Shown here: positions 52,596 to 61,606 of the stretch, one piece after another | Position numbering within the stretch: position 1 is the first letter of the stretch | Layout of the letters: each line of letters begins with the position of its first letter | From: an uncultured delta proteobacterium | GTDB taxonomy: Bacteria; Desulfobacterota; Syntrophorhabdia; Syntrophorhabdales; WCHB1-27 | DNA: 64,000 nt | Assembly: GCA_963810935.1 (NCBI GenBank) | Contig: CAWEPK010000012.1 | Coordinates: 256,001-320,000, forward strand | Direction: 5' to 3' | Translations under genes and position numbers: made by a program | The notes under the pieces: model-generated | Database searches by the model: none | Seen by the model: only the letters and a program-made list of their open reading frames with translations | What the model was told of the DNA's origin: nothing

Positions 52596-53660
52596 ATGCT
52601 AAGAAAACTGACGGTCTTCCTATGTGTCCTCGCGCTTTGTCTCTCGTTCTCTTCGATTGCCGGCGCGGATGTGATCAAGCTGAAGCTGGCCAATTACTTC
52701 CCGCCCGTCCACATGAACTCGGTCATGCTCGGCAAGTGGGCCGACGGGCTTAACAAGAAGCTCGCAGGCAAGGTGGAGATCACCCAGTATACGGGCGGCA
52801 CGCTTCTTACCGCCCCCAAGATCGCCCCGGGCGTGCTGACGGGCATTGCCGACATCGGCTTCTCCCACTGCTCGTACACCCGCGGCCGCTTCCCCGTAAT
52901 GGAGATCATGGAGCTGCCTATAGGCTTCCCGAGCCCCTGGATCGCGGGCCACGTCTCCAACGACTTCTATGACAAGTTCAAGCCGAAGGAATGGGACGCC
53001 TTCCATCCCATCATGTTCTCGACGAGCCCCGTCAACGTCCTCCAGTCGCTCTCAAAGCCCGTAAAGACCTTGGAAGACATAAAGGGCATGAAGCTACGGG
53101 GCCCCGGCAGGATAGGCGACATAGCCCGCGCCCTGGGCGCAGTCCCGATGCCTATCGAGATCGTCGATACCTATGAGGCCCTGCGCCGCGGCGTAGTGGA
53201 GGGCAACTTCGGTCCGTTAGAGCAGCTCAAAGGGTTCAAGATCGGCGAGGTAGAGAAGTACGTCACCGCCTCCTGGAAGATAGGCAGCGTCTTCTCCTTC
53301 TACGTAATCATGAACAAGAACAAGTGGAACAGCCTGCCCGCAGACGTCCAGAAGATCATAACCGACTACTCCAAGGGCGAGTTCTTAGACCAGTGGCTTG
53401 TCGAGTGGAACCGCATTGACATCGAGGGCGGCGACTGGTTCAAAAAGCAGGGCGGCCAGATAATCAACATCTCCGACGCCGAGAGCGCCAGGTGGGTAAA
53501 AGCAGCACAGCCCGTCATCGCAGACTTCAAAAAAGACATGATCGCCAAGGGCTACAAGGCCGCCGAGGTCGATGCCTGGATAGCCTTCATCAAAGAGCGC
53601 ATCGAATACTGGAAGGCCCAGGAAAAGGCAAAGAAGATACCTACGGCGTATCAGTACTAG
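52596..53660 (+). CDS. TRAP substrate-binding protein DctP
   Basis: Signal peptide; DIKGMKLR, YEALRRGVVEG and WNSLPAD motifs. Confidence 0.92.
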   Translation: MLRKLTVFLCVLALCLSFSSIAGADVIKLKLANYFPPVHMNSVMLGKWADGLNKKLAGKVEITQYTGGTLLTAPKIAPGVLTGIADIGFSHCSYTRGRFPVMEIMELPIGFPSPWIAGHVSNDFYDKFKPKEWDAFHPIMFSTSPVNVLQSLSKPVKTLEDIKGMKLRGPGRIGDIARALGAVPMPIEIVDTYEALRRGVVEGNFGPLEQLKGFKIGEVEKYVTASWKIGSVFSFYVIMNKNKWNSLPADVQKIITDYSKGEFLDQWLVEWNRIDIEGGDWFKKQGGQIINISDAESARWVKAAQPVIADFKKDMIAKGYKAAEVDAWIAFIKERIEYWKAQEKAKKIPTAYQY

Positions 53661-53670
53661 CATGGTTTAG

Positions 53671-53812
53671 GGGCCGGAGTCGGTCGGGATCTTTCCGCGG
53701 CCTTCACGTCGTTTTCTCGGCGAGCGTCCTCACGTACAGTAGTACGCTGCGGTGCGCGCCTTCGAAAAGCAACGTGAATTCCATCGGAAATCTCTCCGAC
53801 CTACCCCGGCCC
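53671..53812 (-). repeat. Intergenic repeat family A copy
   Basis: Reverse complement contains GCAGCGTACTACTGTACGTGAGGACG and resembles 22372-22518. Confidence 0.85.
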
Positions 53813-53828
53813 GTGTCCATTATTTAAG

Positions 53829-53852
53829 GATGGGCGGCGTTAGGCCGCCCAT
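53829..53852 (+). terminator. Hairpin after the dctP operon
   Basis: ATGGGCGGC-GTTAG-GCCGCCCAT. Confidence 0.45.
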
Positions 53853-53941
53853 ACACACTTGCCCGCATCAAGGCCCCAAACGAAGTTGTTGCGACTCGCT
53901 GTAATCTGATATAATTTAAGCATTCAGGAGGTAGAGCAGAT

Positions 53942-54133
53942 ATGGAGGGTATACGCTACGTCACCGACGAAAATGGAGAAAAAGTAGCGGTCCAGATCAG
54001 CCTTAAAAAATTCGGTCAGGTCTGGGAAGATTTCTACGATAGCCTCCTTGCCGCAAGAAGGTCAAAGGAACCGCGGGAATCGTTAGAATCAGTCAGGAGC
54101 CGCCTTAAAAAGCACGGCAAGCTGAATGGCTGA
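53942..54133 (+). CDS. Putative antitoxin
   Basis: 63 aa, YVTDENGEKVAV; overlaps the relE start. Confidence 0.75.
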   Translation: MEGIRYVTDENGEKVAVQISLKKFGQVWEDFYDSLLAARRSKEPRESLESVRSRLKKHGKLNG

Positions 54134-54383
54134 TTATGCCGTCACCTTCGCCCGCAGCGCTCGCAAAGAGCTTGAATCGCTTGAGGGAGAGCTGGTCGAG
54201 CGAGTCTTCCGACGCATTGAAAGTTTAGGCAGGGAACCAAGGCCATCCGGCTGTAAGAAGCTCGTGGGAAACAAGTCGCTGTGGAGGATAAGAATCGGTA
54301 ACTACCGCATAGTTTACGCAATCTACGACAAGCGGCAAACCGTAGACATCGTGGCAATCAGGCATAGGAAGGACGTATATTGA
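54126..54383 (+). CDS. RelE/ParE family toxin
   Basis: ARKELESL, PRPSGCKKL, WRIRIGNYRIVY and HRKDVY motifs. Confidence 0.9.
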   Translation: MADYAVTFARSARKELESLEGELVERVFRRIESLGREPRPSGCKKLVGNKSLWRIRIGNYRIVYAIYDKRQTVDIVAIRHRKDVY

Positions 54384-54516
54384 GCGAATGGACCCCCTTT
54401 GGGCGCGATTCTTCTTGCAGTCAACGGATACGCACAGCAATGATTGACAGATACAGCAACACCTAAGAAAAGTAGCCTGTCCCCTTTTTCATTCCCTTTT
54501 CATTCCGGCAGGGTTC

Positions 54517-55158
54517 TTAGAAAACTTTTCTAAGGTCTTCGGTCGGTCTAATGTCGGTAATTTGAGTCAGATGGTTCTTGTTGAGATTGTCATTGAATGC
54601 AGCATAGTACTTGATACTGTCGGAGTCTTGCTTCAGTAACGATGCCATGCCTTCGTCTATTGAGACTTGATATGTGAGTTCGTGCCTCTGTCTGTCACCT
54701 CCTGCGAGAAATATAGTGCCTCCTAAATCCTCTGGTTCTAAGGAAAACGCCTGAAGAGGGGAAAGTGGACCCATAACATGGGGATATTCCTTTATCTTCG
54801 GTGGCGTAATGACCTTTTGGCCATTTGCAAATAGCAGCACGAGGGATGGCTTGTCGATGCTTCCATTACCCGCGCCTTTGTTTGTCAAATGAACTATGAC
54901 TTTGAACGTGTGCGGGTATTTAGTGGCATTGTCATCTTTAAGGCCCCTTTTAAAGCGGTCTTCCAAGAATGGAGTCCCGACAATAATCTTTGCCACTTCA
55001 ATTTTAGACATCGTTTGCTGAGACATTAGCTTGGCCATTCGATATGTGAAAAAGGCATAGATGGCAGTGATAACTGCCAAGAGTAGATTTGCATATTCGT
55101 TCAGCAGATCGGCAACCTGTTTTAGCATTTCAATCAATGCTATTTTAAAGACAATCAA
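54517..55158 (-). CDS. Hypothetical protein with N-terminal TM helix
   Basis: AT-rich ORF; LLLAVITAIYAFFTY; start uncertain. Confidence 0.65.
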   Translation of the reverse strand: MIVFKIALIEMLKQVADLLNEYANLLLAVITAIYAFFTYRMAKLMSQQTMSKIEVAKIIVGTPFLEDRFKRGLKDDNATKYPHTFKVIVHLTNKGAGNGSIDKPSLVLLFANGQKVITPPKIKEYPHVMGPLSPLQAFSLEPEDLGGTIFLAGGDRQRHELTYQVSIDEGMASLLKQDSDSIKYYAAFNDNLNKNHLTQITDIRPTEDLRKVF

Positions 55159-55424
55159 AGTGTTTGGGAAGAACTTTTTTTTGCAGTGTTCAGTCCTTCC
55201 GCTGGCTTATAGCCGGTAGGCCCCTGGTCGGAGACCTCTGAAAGAGAGGGACGTGATCGCCCACCATGTCTTTTCTCCCCCGGAGGGGTTTGAGGAGACT
55301 ACGGAGACGTTCTTAATTTCTTTCACTTGCTCAGCCACAGAAGATGCCCCTATCAAGTTATAGTGATAATGCTGGAAGGCAAAAGCTCAATTGATGCAAG
55401 CATTTGTAGGTGTGGTCCCTGAAT

Positions 55425-55555
55425 CGGCCGGAGGGATTTTGGATGATAGACGCCGTGACCGAGGAGCCGCCGCGCGGAGCGTACTTCCTTTGTACGTGAG
55501 CACGTGCGGCTTTGAGGGACAGGCGTATAGCGCCAAAAGACCCCGGCCCGGCCAC
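55425..55555 (+). repeat. Intergenic repeat family A copy
   Basis: CGGCCGGAGGGATTTT...GGAGCGTACTTCCTTTGTACGTGAGCACG...CCCGGCC. Confidence 0.85.
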
Positions 55556-55567
55556 ATATAATATATA

Positions 55568-55602
55568 AGTGTTACCGGGCGCCGTGCGCGCCCGGTAACA
55601 CT
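55568..55602 (-). terminator. Hairpin downstream of the larA-like gene
   Basis: GTGTTACCGGGCGC...GCGCCCGGTAACAC, a 14-bp perfect stem. Confidence 0.6.
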
Positions 55603-55607
55603 CTAAC

Positions 55608-56891
55608 TTATAATATCCTGGGAATTACATTGCCGCCTGATGGGAATATCGCCACATCCGCCTTCGGCATCTTTGCCGCCAGTTTGTCCACCGTCTTTTG
55701 CAGGTTGTTCGAGTATTCCATCCCCATCATCGCCACCTGCTCGGCCGTCAGGCCTTCCGTGACGTGGACGATGCGGCACTTCTCGACGAAGTCCTTGAAG
55801 TGCACGATCTGCATGATGTAGGAGATGCCGAACGGCTTCAGGCTGTCGGCTATGTGCCCGTCCACGAAATCGCGGTGCACCTCGGTGGCGCTCCGGTTGG
55901 CCCCCATCTCCTTAATCAGCGGCAGTATGGGGCCCGCCTCTTTCTGCGCCGCCACCCAGACGACGGTGCCGCCCGACCGCGTAGCTCCGCAGCCCATGTG
56001 CAGCGCCTTCGTGGCCTGCACCCCTATCTCCAGGGGCGCGGCCGAGGTGATCGTGATGTCCGCCTGGTGCGGGAGGTTCATCACGTACAGGGACTCTGCA
56101 AAGCTCGCGCCCGCACGCTGCTCGGCCTCGGGGTTGCCCGCAAAGGCTTTGAGCACCTGCTTCTTCTCGTTCATCACGAAATCGAGCTTGAAAGCCAGCC
56201 TCGACAAGCGCCCTGCGTCCACTATCTCTTCCCAGAACGGGTTGCCGTCGAGCAGGTTGACCTTGCTGTTCCTGTTGCGCATCAGAGCGAAATGGTGCTC
56301 CGCAACCGACCGGTACGAGGCGACGCCCGGCATGATGATTTTATAGCCGCCGCCGTAGCCGGCGGTCGGATGCGGCATGCACTCGCCGACAGCAACGACG
56401 ATGTCGGCCAGCGCCACCTGCCGGTTCAGCTCTACAAGCATGCCCCTGTGGGTCCTGCCTATGGTTATGTTTTCAGGCGACTTCGCGTCATGGCAGAGGA
56501 GCCTGCCCGCAAGGCGGCGCGCGGCCTCCGGCCCTACCTTCCCGGCCAACTGCTCAGCGGAGAGCACGGGGTGCGTGCCGGTCGCGCATACAGCCGTGAT
56601 CCGCCCGTCGGGCACGCCCGCTTTGTTAATCCGGTCCAGCATCTGCGGTATCGCGAGATTTGCCGGGGTCGGTCTCTGGAGGTCGTCGAAGAGCAGCACC
56701 ACGTCCATGCCGGGCTTAACGAGCTCTTCGAGCTTAGGTGAGCCGATGGGGTTGTCCAGCGCCCGCGCCACTTCCGCGGCAGGGTCGGCCGCCACAGGCG
56801 GCGGCGCCTTGTCGGCCTCGCTTATGACGTTCCAGCCGGACGGTATCGTAAAGTCCAGCCGCCTGCCCGAGTAATTTATATAGCATTCCAC
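55608..56891 (-). CDS. LarA (nickel-pincer lactate racemase) superfamily protein
   Basis: ALDNPIG, DDLQRPT, ATGTH and HPTAGYGGGYKIIMPG motifs. Confidence 0.88.
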   Translation of the reverse strand: MECYINYSGRRLDFTIPSGWNVISEADKAPPPVAADPAAEVARALDNPIGSPKLEELVKPGMDVVLLFDDLQRPTPANLAIPQMLDRINKAGVPDGRITAVCATGTHPVLSAEQLAGKVGPEAARRLAGRLLCHDAKSPENITIGRTHRGMLVELNRQVALADIVVAVGECMPHPTAGYGGGYKIIMPGVASYRSVAEHHFALMRNRNSKVNLLDGNPFWEEIVDAGRLSRLAFKLDFVMNEKKQVLKAFAGNPEAEQRAGASFAESLYVMNLPHQADITITSAAPLEIGVQATKALHMGCGATRSGGTVVWVAAQKEAGPILPLIKEMGANRSATEVHRDFVDGHIADSLKPFGISYIMQIVHFKDFVEKCRIVHVTEGLTAEQVAMMGMEYSNNLQKTVDKLAAKMPKADVAIFPSGGNVIPRIL

Positions 56892-56935
56892 CTGAGCGCC
56901 CCCTTATATTTTCTTACACCGAAGCTGTCGGCCGT

Positions 56936-57943
56936 TTATTTCGACTTCGACAGCAGCTTCTTCAGCTCGGCGCCGTTCTTCGGGTTCTTACTGATGATGT
57001 CCTTCCAGCCCTCATCGTAGGCGATTTTCAGGAACTTGTCCCTCTCCGCGGGCGGCAGGGTGATCGTCTCTATCCCTTCTTTCGTCAACAGCGAGTGTTC
57101 CGTCCTGGCCAACGCCTTGTAATACGCGACTACCTCTTTCTCGGCTTCCGCGGTCGCTTCCGTCAGGACATCCTGGAGGTTCTTCGGCAGCTTTTCGAAT
57201 GTCTTGAGGTTCATCACGAGGGGATTCGGACCCGTATAGAACGTGGGCTCCACCATGTACTTCGTCTGCTTCTGCCATCCCCAATCGCGGATGCCGACCT
57301 CGGGCCAGCAATAACCGTCCACTACGTTCCTCTCCAGGGCGATATAGACGTCTGTCGGCGGTATCACCACCGGGTTCCCGCCGAGGCCCTTAATGGCCTG
57401 AAGGTACATGGGCGATACCCGGATGTTGAGCCCCTTCAGGTCCGCCGTCTTTATGGGCTTCTTGAGGAAAAGTTGGAACGGTATCTGTATGCCGAGCCGC
57501 CCTAAATAATAGAGCCCCTGTTTCTTGTGCAGCTCGTTCATGTACGCCCAGGCGCCGTTCGCCCGCTCTTCCGAAGGCGTGTAGTCGGACAGCTTGAGGG
57601 CGTCCACTTCGGGGATGATCGATACGTAGTAGGCGTTCGTTGTGAAGACGAGGTCTACCATGCCCCTCTGCGCGGCCTGCACCTGGTCGGGCGTTTTTAC
57701 CGCCTCCGGCCCGCCGACGAACCGTATCTTGAGCTGGCCGGGCGCCTTTTTCGCTACGACCTTGTCAACCGTATCCGTAAAAATCGTAAACGCCTTGAAC
57801 TCGGTAGCCGTCTTCGGCCACGCGGTCACGGCCTTCAGGACGGTTTCGGCCCGCGCCGGTCCGGCGCCCGTTGTGAGGATGAAGCACGCAAACGCCAGAG
57901 CGATGCCCGCAAGAACCATCTTTCTCATCATCGTTACCTCCAC
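56936..57943 (-). CDS. TRAP substrate-binding protein DctP
   Basis: Signal peptide; DLKGLNIR and YIALERNVVDG motifs. Confidence 0.9.
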   Translation of the reverse strand: MEVTMMRKMVLAGIALAFACFILTTGAGPARAETVLKAVTAWPKTATEFKAFTIFTDTVDKVVAKKAPGQLKIRFVGGPEAVKTPDQVQAAQRGMVDLVFTTNAYYVSIIPEVDALKLSDYTPSEERANGAWAYMNELHKKQGLYYLGRLGIQIPFQLFLKKPIKTADLKGLNIRVSPMYLQAIKGLGGNPVVIPPTDVYIALERNVVDGYCWPEVGIRDWGWQKQTKYMVEPTFYTGPNPLVMNLKTFEKLPKNLQDVLTEATAEAEKEVVAYYKALARTEHSLLTKEGIETITLPPAERDKFLKIAYDEGWKDIISKNPKNGAELKKLLSKSK

Positions 57944-57985
57944 TCTTTTTTTAATCCCTTCATATCGTCCTTAGTAAATCTCCCG

Positions 57986-59308
57986 CTACCTCATCATGCC
58001 CATCAGACTCGGCACGATAGTAGACATCGCCGGAATGCCCAGCACGAGGGCGATGCACACCAGGTCCACCACGGCGAAAGGCAAGGCCGCTTTCCAGATG
58101 TCCGCCATCGTTACCTCAGGCGGCGCTACGCCCTTCATCACGAAGAGGGTAACCCCGAAAGGAGGACAGATCAAGCCCGTCTCCAGAGTGCAGAGCATGA
58201 CTACGCCAAACCAGAGCGGGTCGAATTTGAAGGCATTGATCACCGGCATGAATATGGGTATCGTTATCATCATGATGGCGACCGTCTCCATGAAACAGTC
58301 GAGCAAAAGAATGACGAGGACCATAGCTACCACTATCAGCATCGGCGCTACGTTCAGGTTGATGATGAAATTGGTCAGCCCCGCGGCAGCCCCGGTGAAG
58401 GCGAGTATCTCGCCGTAGGTGCTCGCGGCTATGATGATCATCATTATCATGCCGGTGACCTTCAACGTGGAGACCACCGATTTTCTGAAGGCCTCCCAGG
58501 TAAGCCGCCTGTAGATGATTGCAAGAATGAACGAGCCGAGCGTGCCCGCCGCAGCCGATTCGGTAGGCGTCGCGACGCCCAGGAATATAAGTCCGATGAC
58601 CATGAAGATGATGAAGCCCAGCGGCAGCAGGTAGATCACCGTCACCCTGAGTTTTTCCTTCAAGGGGATGTGGGGCACGTCGTATTCCGGCGCTTCTTCC
58701 GGCTTGAAGTGGACCCGCACCACAACATAGATGAAGTAGAGGGCCGAGAGGACGAGGCCCGGAAGGATGCCCGCTATCAGGAGCTGGCCCACGTCGATGT
58801 TGGCGATGCTCGCGAGAACGACGGTCAGCGCGTTCGGCGGGATCAGCGCATCGACTGTGCCTACGCCCATCAGCGGCCCCAGGCTCATGCTCTTGCTATA
58901 TCCTTTCTTGAGCATGTCCGGGAGGAGAATGGTGCCCAGGAGAGCGCACGTGGCTATCGTGGAGCCGCTGAGGGCTCCGATAATCACTCCCATGATGATG
59001 GCGAGGATGGAAAGCCTCCCTCTGATCTTGCCGAGCCATTTATCGAGCACGTTGACTGCGTCGAGGCCCAGGCCCGAATGGAAGATAATCTCGCCCATGA
59101 AGATGAAGAAAGGCACGGGGAGCAGGGTAAAGGTGCTCGCTGAACTGAACGCCCCCGTCACGACCCCGACGATGCCCGGTATCCCTCCGAGGAAGAACCA
59201 GGCCGCGATCATGTTGACGACGAGGAGAGAAAAGGCGATGGGCAGGCCCGTGAGCAATACGAAGACCATGCCGCCGAAGAGTACGAGAATGATCGTATAC
59301 CATTCCAT
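57986..59308 (-). CDS. TRAP transporter large permease DctM
   Basis: PFFIFMG, LIPP, TPTES and PPFG motifs. Confidence 0.92.
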   Translation of the reverse strand: MEWYTIILVLFGGMVFVLLTGLPIAFSLLVVNMIAAWFFLGGIPGIVGVVTGAFSSASTFTLLPVPFFIFMGEIIFHSGLGLDAVNVLDKWLGKIRGRLSILAIIMGVIIGALSGSTIATCALLGTILLPDMLKKGYSKSMSLGPLMGVGTVDALIPPNALTVVLASIANIDVGQLLIAGILPGLVLSALYFIYVVVRVHFKPEEAPEYDVPHIPLKEKLRVTVIYLLPLGFIIFMVIGLIFLGVATPTESAAAGTLGSFILAIIYRRLTWEAFRKSVVSTLKVTGMIMMIIIAASTYGEILAFTGAAAGLTNFIINLNVAPMLIVVAMVLVILLLDCFMETVAIMMITIPIFMPVINAFKFDPLWFGVVMLCTLETGLICPPFGVTLFVMKGVAPPEVTMADIWKAALPFAVVDLVCIALVLGIPAMSTIVPSLMGMMR

Positions 59309-59311
59309 GAC

Positions 59312-59806
59312 TTACCTCGCCGCCCTTAGTTCCGCGAACCTGTTGCACGCCATCCTGAAGAACTGGACGGTAAGCAAGAAGCTGCCCAGCGGTATGATGA
59401 AGAAGATAAGCGCCTTCGGAACAGTGACGGCCCTGACGTCAGTCACGTGATGCTGGATGCATTCGATCGTGTAGAGGGTCCCGAACCAGGTCATTACCGC
59501 GGACGTGAGCCCGCCGACGGTGAACGTGATGGAGTCGAGGGCTTCTTTCTTCTTATCGCTCAAGCGCGAATATATGATGTCGTTGCTTATATGGCCGCCT
59601 TCCCTCAGCAGCCAGGCAGTTACGAGAAAGACTATCCATAACAGGCCGTACTCCGTCGTCTGCATGATCCATATGGTCGTTTGTGTGAAAAGAAAGCGCA
59701 TGAAGATGCTATAGCAAACGGCGGCTACTATCAACACGAGCACTACGCCGGCAACGGCCATCAGCGCGTCCAGAAGCCGATCGAAAACTCTCCAGATGGG
59801 ATTCAT
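59312..59806 (-). CDS. TRAP transporter small permease DctQ
   Basis: 4 TM segments; LREGGHI. Confidence 0.88.
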   Translation of the reverse strand: MNPIWRVFDRLLDALMAVAGVVLVLIVAAVCYSIFMRFLFTQTTIWIMQTTEYGLLWIVFLVTAWLLREGGHISNDIIYSRLSDKKKEALDSITFTVGGLTSAVMTWFGTLYTIECIQHHVTDVRAVTVPKALIFFIIPLGSFLLTVQFFRMACNRFAELRAAR

Positions 59807-59915
59807 GACGATGATGCCTCCTTTACTATTCCGGGTGGATTGACGCCGCAGGGGAGGACGGCGCGTGAATGCAACCGACGCCGACATTCCATCTTATAAA
59901 GATAGACCCGGCAAG

Positions 59916-60599
59916 TCAACGCTTCTTTTCCTTCCGCTTCTGCTCGATATCACGGTACGCGTCTTCCTTGAACTGGGCGAGGTGGACCACCACGGCCGCC
60001 CTTATCTCTTCTTCCGCTCCTGCCTCGATGGCCGCGAGTATCCGCCGGTGGCCGTTCAGGGCGCGCTCGGCGCTGCCCGGCCCGTATAACCCTTGCAGCC
60101 TGTACCGCAAGGCGTGCCTTGCAAGCGTTTGTGCAAGCTCCAGAAGGCGCCTGCCGCCGGAGAGGCGTGCTATCGTCTCGTGGAACTGGGCGTCGAGGTC
60201 AACCAGTGCCCCGAGGTCGCCTGCAGAAAGCCGCTCCTGCGCAAGGTCGATATTGGCGTTCAACTCCGCAACGAGGGTCGCTTTCTCCTTTTCAATGGCC
60301 CACTGGATGGCCAGCACCTCGATCAGGCAGCGTATCTCGTATATCTCGGCCGCCTCCTCGCCGCTCACGGTCCTTACCTTATAGCCGACCCGTGGTATGG
60401 ACTCGATGAGGCCTTCCATCTCCAGGTTGTGCAGGGCCTCCCGCACGGGTGTCCGCGACGTGCCGATATCGTGGGCGATGCGCGTCTCGATAAGCCGCTC
60501 GTTCGGGCTGATCTGCCCGTTGAGTATCTGCTCCCGCAGGTGATGGTGCACCTTCCTGCGGATGGTCGGAGTCGCCTCTATGACCAGCTTGCTTTTCAA
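59916..60599 (-). CDS. GntR family regulator (FCD)
   Basis: SRTPVREAL and DAQFH motifs; TTG start. Confidence 0.9.
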   Translation of the reverse strand: MKSKLVIEATPTIRRKVHHHLREQILNGQISPNERLIETRIAHDIGTSRTPVREALHNLEMEGLIESIPRVGYKVRTVSGEEAAEIYEIRCLIEVLAIQWAIEKEKATLVAELNANIDLAQERLSAGDLGALVDLDAQFHETIARLSGGRRLLELAQTLARHALRYRLQGLYGPGSAERALNGHRRILAAIEAGAEEEIRAAVVVHLAQFKEDAYRDIEQKRKEKKR

Positions 60600-60663
60600 G
60601 CAATTACCGGGGCTATCGTCGCCCCCTCCGCGAGCGAAGCTCGCAGAGCCTCCCCCTCATAAA
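60600..60663 (-). repeat. Intergenic repeat family B (short form)
   Basis: 59/64 identical to 25881-25944. Confidence 0.9.
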
Positions 60664-60696
60664 AAGGAAGAAACATTTTGGGCTCGGGGTTTACGT

Positions 60697-61596
60697 TCAT
60701 GCCTTGCAGCCCTTGACCAGGCCCTTCAACAACGCCCATTCTTCATCCACTTCCTTTTGCAGACGGGTGACGTCGGCGGGAGTGAAGTGGCGGAAGCGGC
60801 CCTGGATGCGGGTGTATTCTTCGACCGGGAGCCCCTTCGGCTCGTGCGTGATCCTGTACTCGCTTCCGTCGATCACTTCGTAAAGCGGGAAGATGCGCGT
60901 CTCTACCGCAAGCTGGGCGGCACGCGCGGACATGTGCTCGGGCATGCGCCAGCCTGTAGAGCAGGGGGTGAGCACGTGGAGGAACTTCATGCCCTTCGTC
61001 GCCTTCGCTTTCCTCACCTTCTCTATCAGGTCCTCAGGGTGGCCTATGGAGGCGGTAGCCGCGTACGGCATCCTGTGGGCCGCGATGATCTGCATGAACT
61101 TCTTCTTCCTGCCGCGCCTGCCTCCGGGGGTGGTCATAGTCCAGGTGTTCTGCGGCGTTGAGGAGCTCGACTGGATGCCCGTATTCATATACGCCTCGTT
61201 GTCGAGGCAGACGTAAATAAAATTATCGTTGCGGTCCGCCGCGCCGGAGAGCGATTGCAGGCCGATGTCGAACGTGCCGCCGTCGCCCGCGAAAGTGACC
61301 GTGGTAACATCCTCGCGCCCCTGGAGGTGCAGGGCGGCCGAGATGCCTGATGCCGTAGGCGCTGCGATCTCGAAGGCAGAGTGGAAGCAGGGCACCGCGA
61401 ACGTGCTGTTCGGGTAGGTGGCGCTTATGACGCCCACGCACGAAGGCAGGATCACCATGACCGTTTCCTTGCCAAGCACCTTCAGGACAAGGCGCAGCGT
61501 AGTCGCCTCTCCGCAGCCCGGGCAGGCCATGTGGCCGCACCGCATGTACTCCTGTTCTTCGCTTCGATCCATCTCAGCCACAGCTTCCACAAACAT
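60697..61596 (-). CDS. 2-oxoacid:ferredoxin oxidoreductase beta subunit (TPP-binding)
   Basis: ACPGCG, GDGGTFDIG and DNEAYMNTG motifs. Confidence 0.92.
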   Translation of the reverse strand: MFVEAVAEMDRSEEQEYMRCGHMACPGCGEATTLRLVLKVLGKETVMVILPSCVGVISATYPNSTFAVPCFHSAFEIAAPTASGISAALHLQGREDVTTVTFAGDGGTFDIGLQSLSGAADRNDNFIYVCLDNEAYMNTGIQSSSSTPQNTWTMTTPGGRRGRKKKFMQIIAAHRMPYAATASIGHPEDLIEKVRKAKATKGMKFLHVLTPCSTGWRMPEHMSARAAQLAVETRIFPLYEVIDGSEYRITHEPKGLPVEEYTRIQGRFRHFTPADVTRLQKEVDEEWALLKGLVKGCKA

Positions 61597-61606
61597 GCTT
61601 ACCCCC

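Noticed and set aside
57527..59143. Long opposite-strand ORFs (e.g. 57527-59143, 6002-7543, 46079-47293, 18856-20013)
   Set aside because: Antisense shadows of well-supported genes in GC-rich DNA, with no recognisable motifs.
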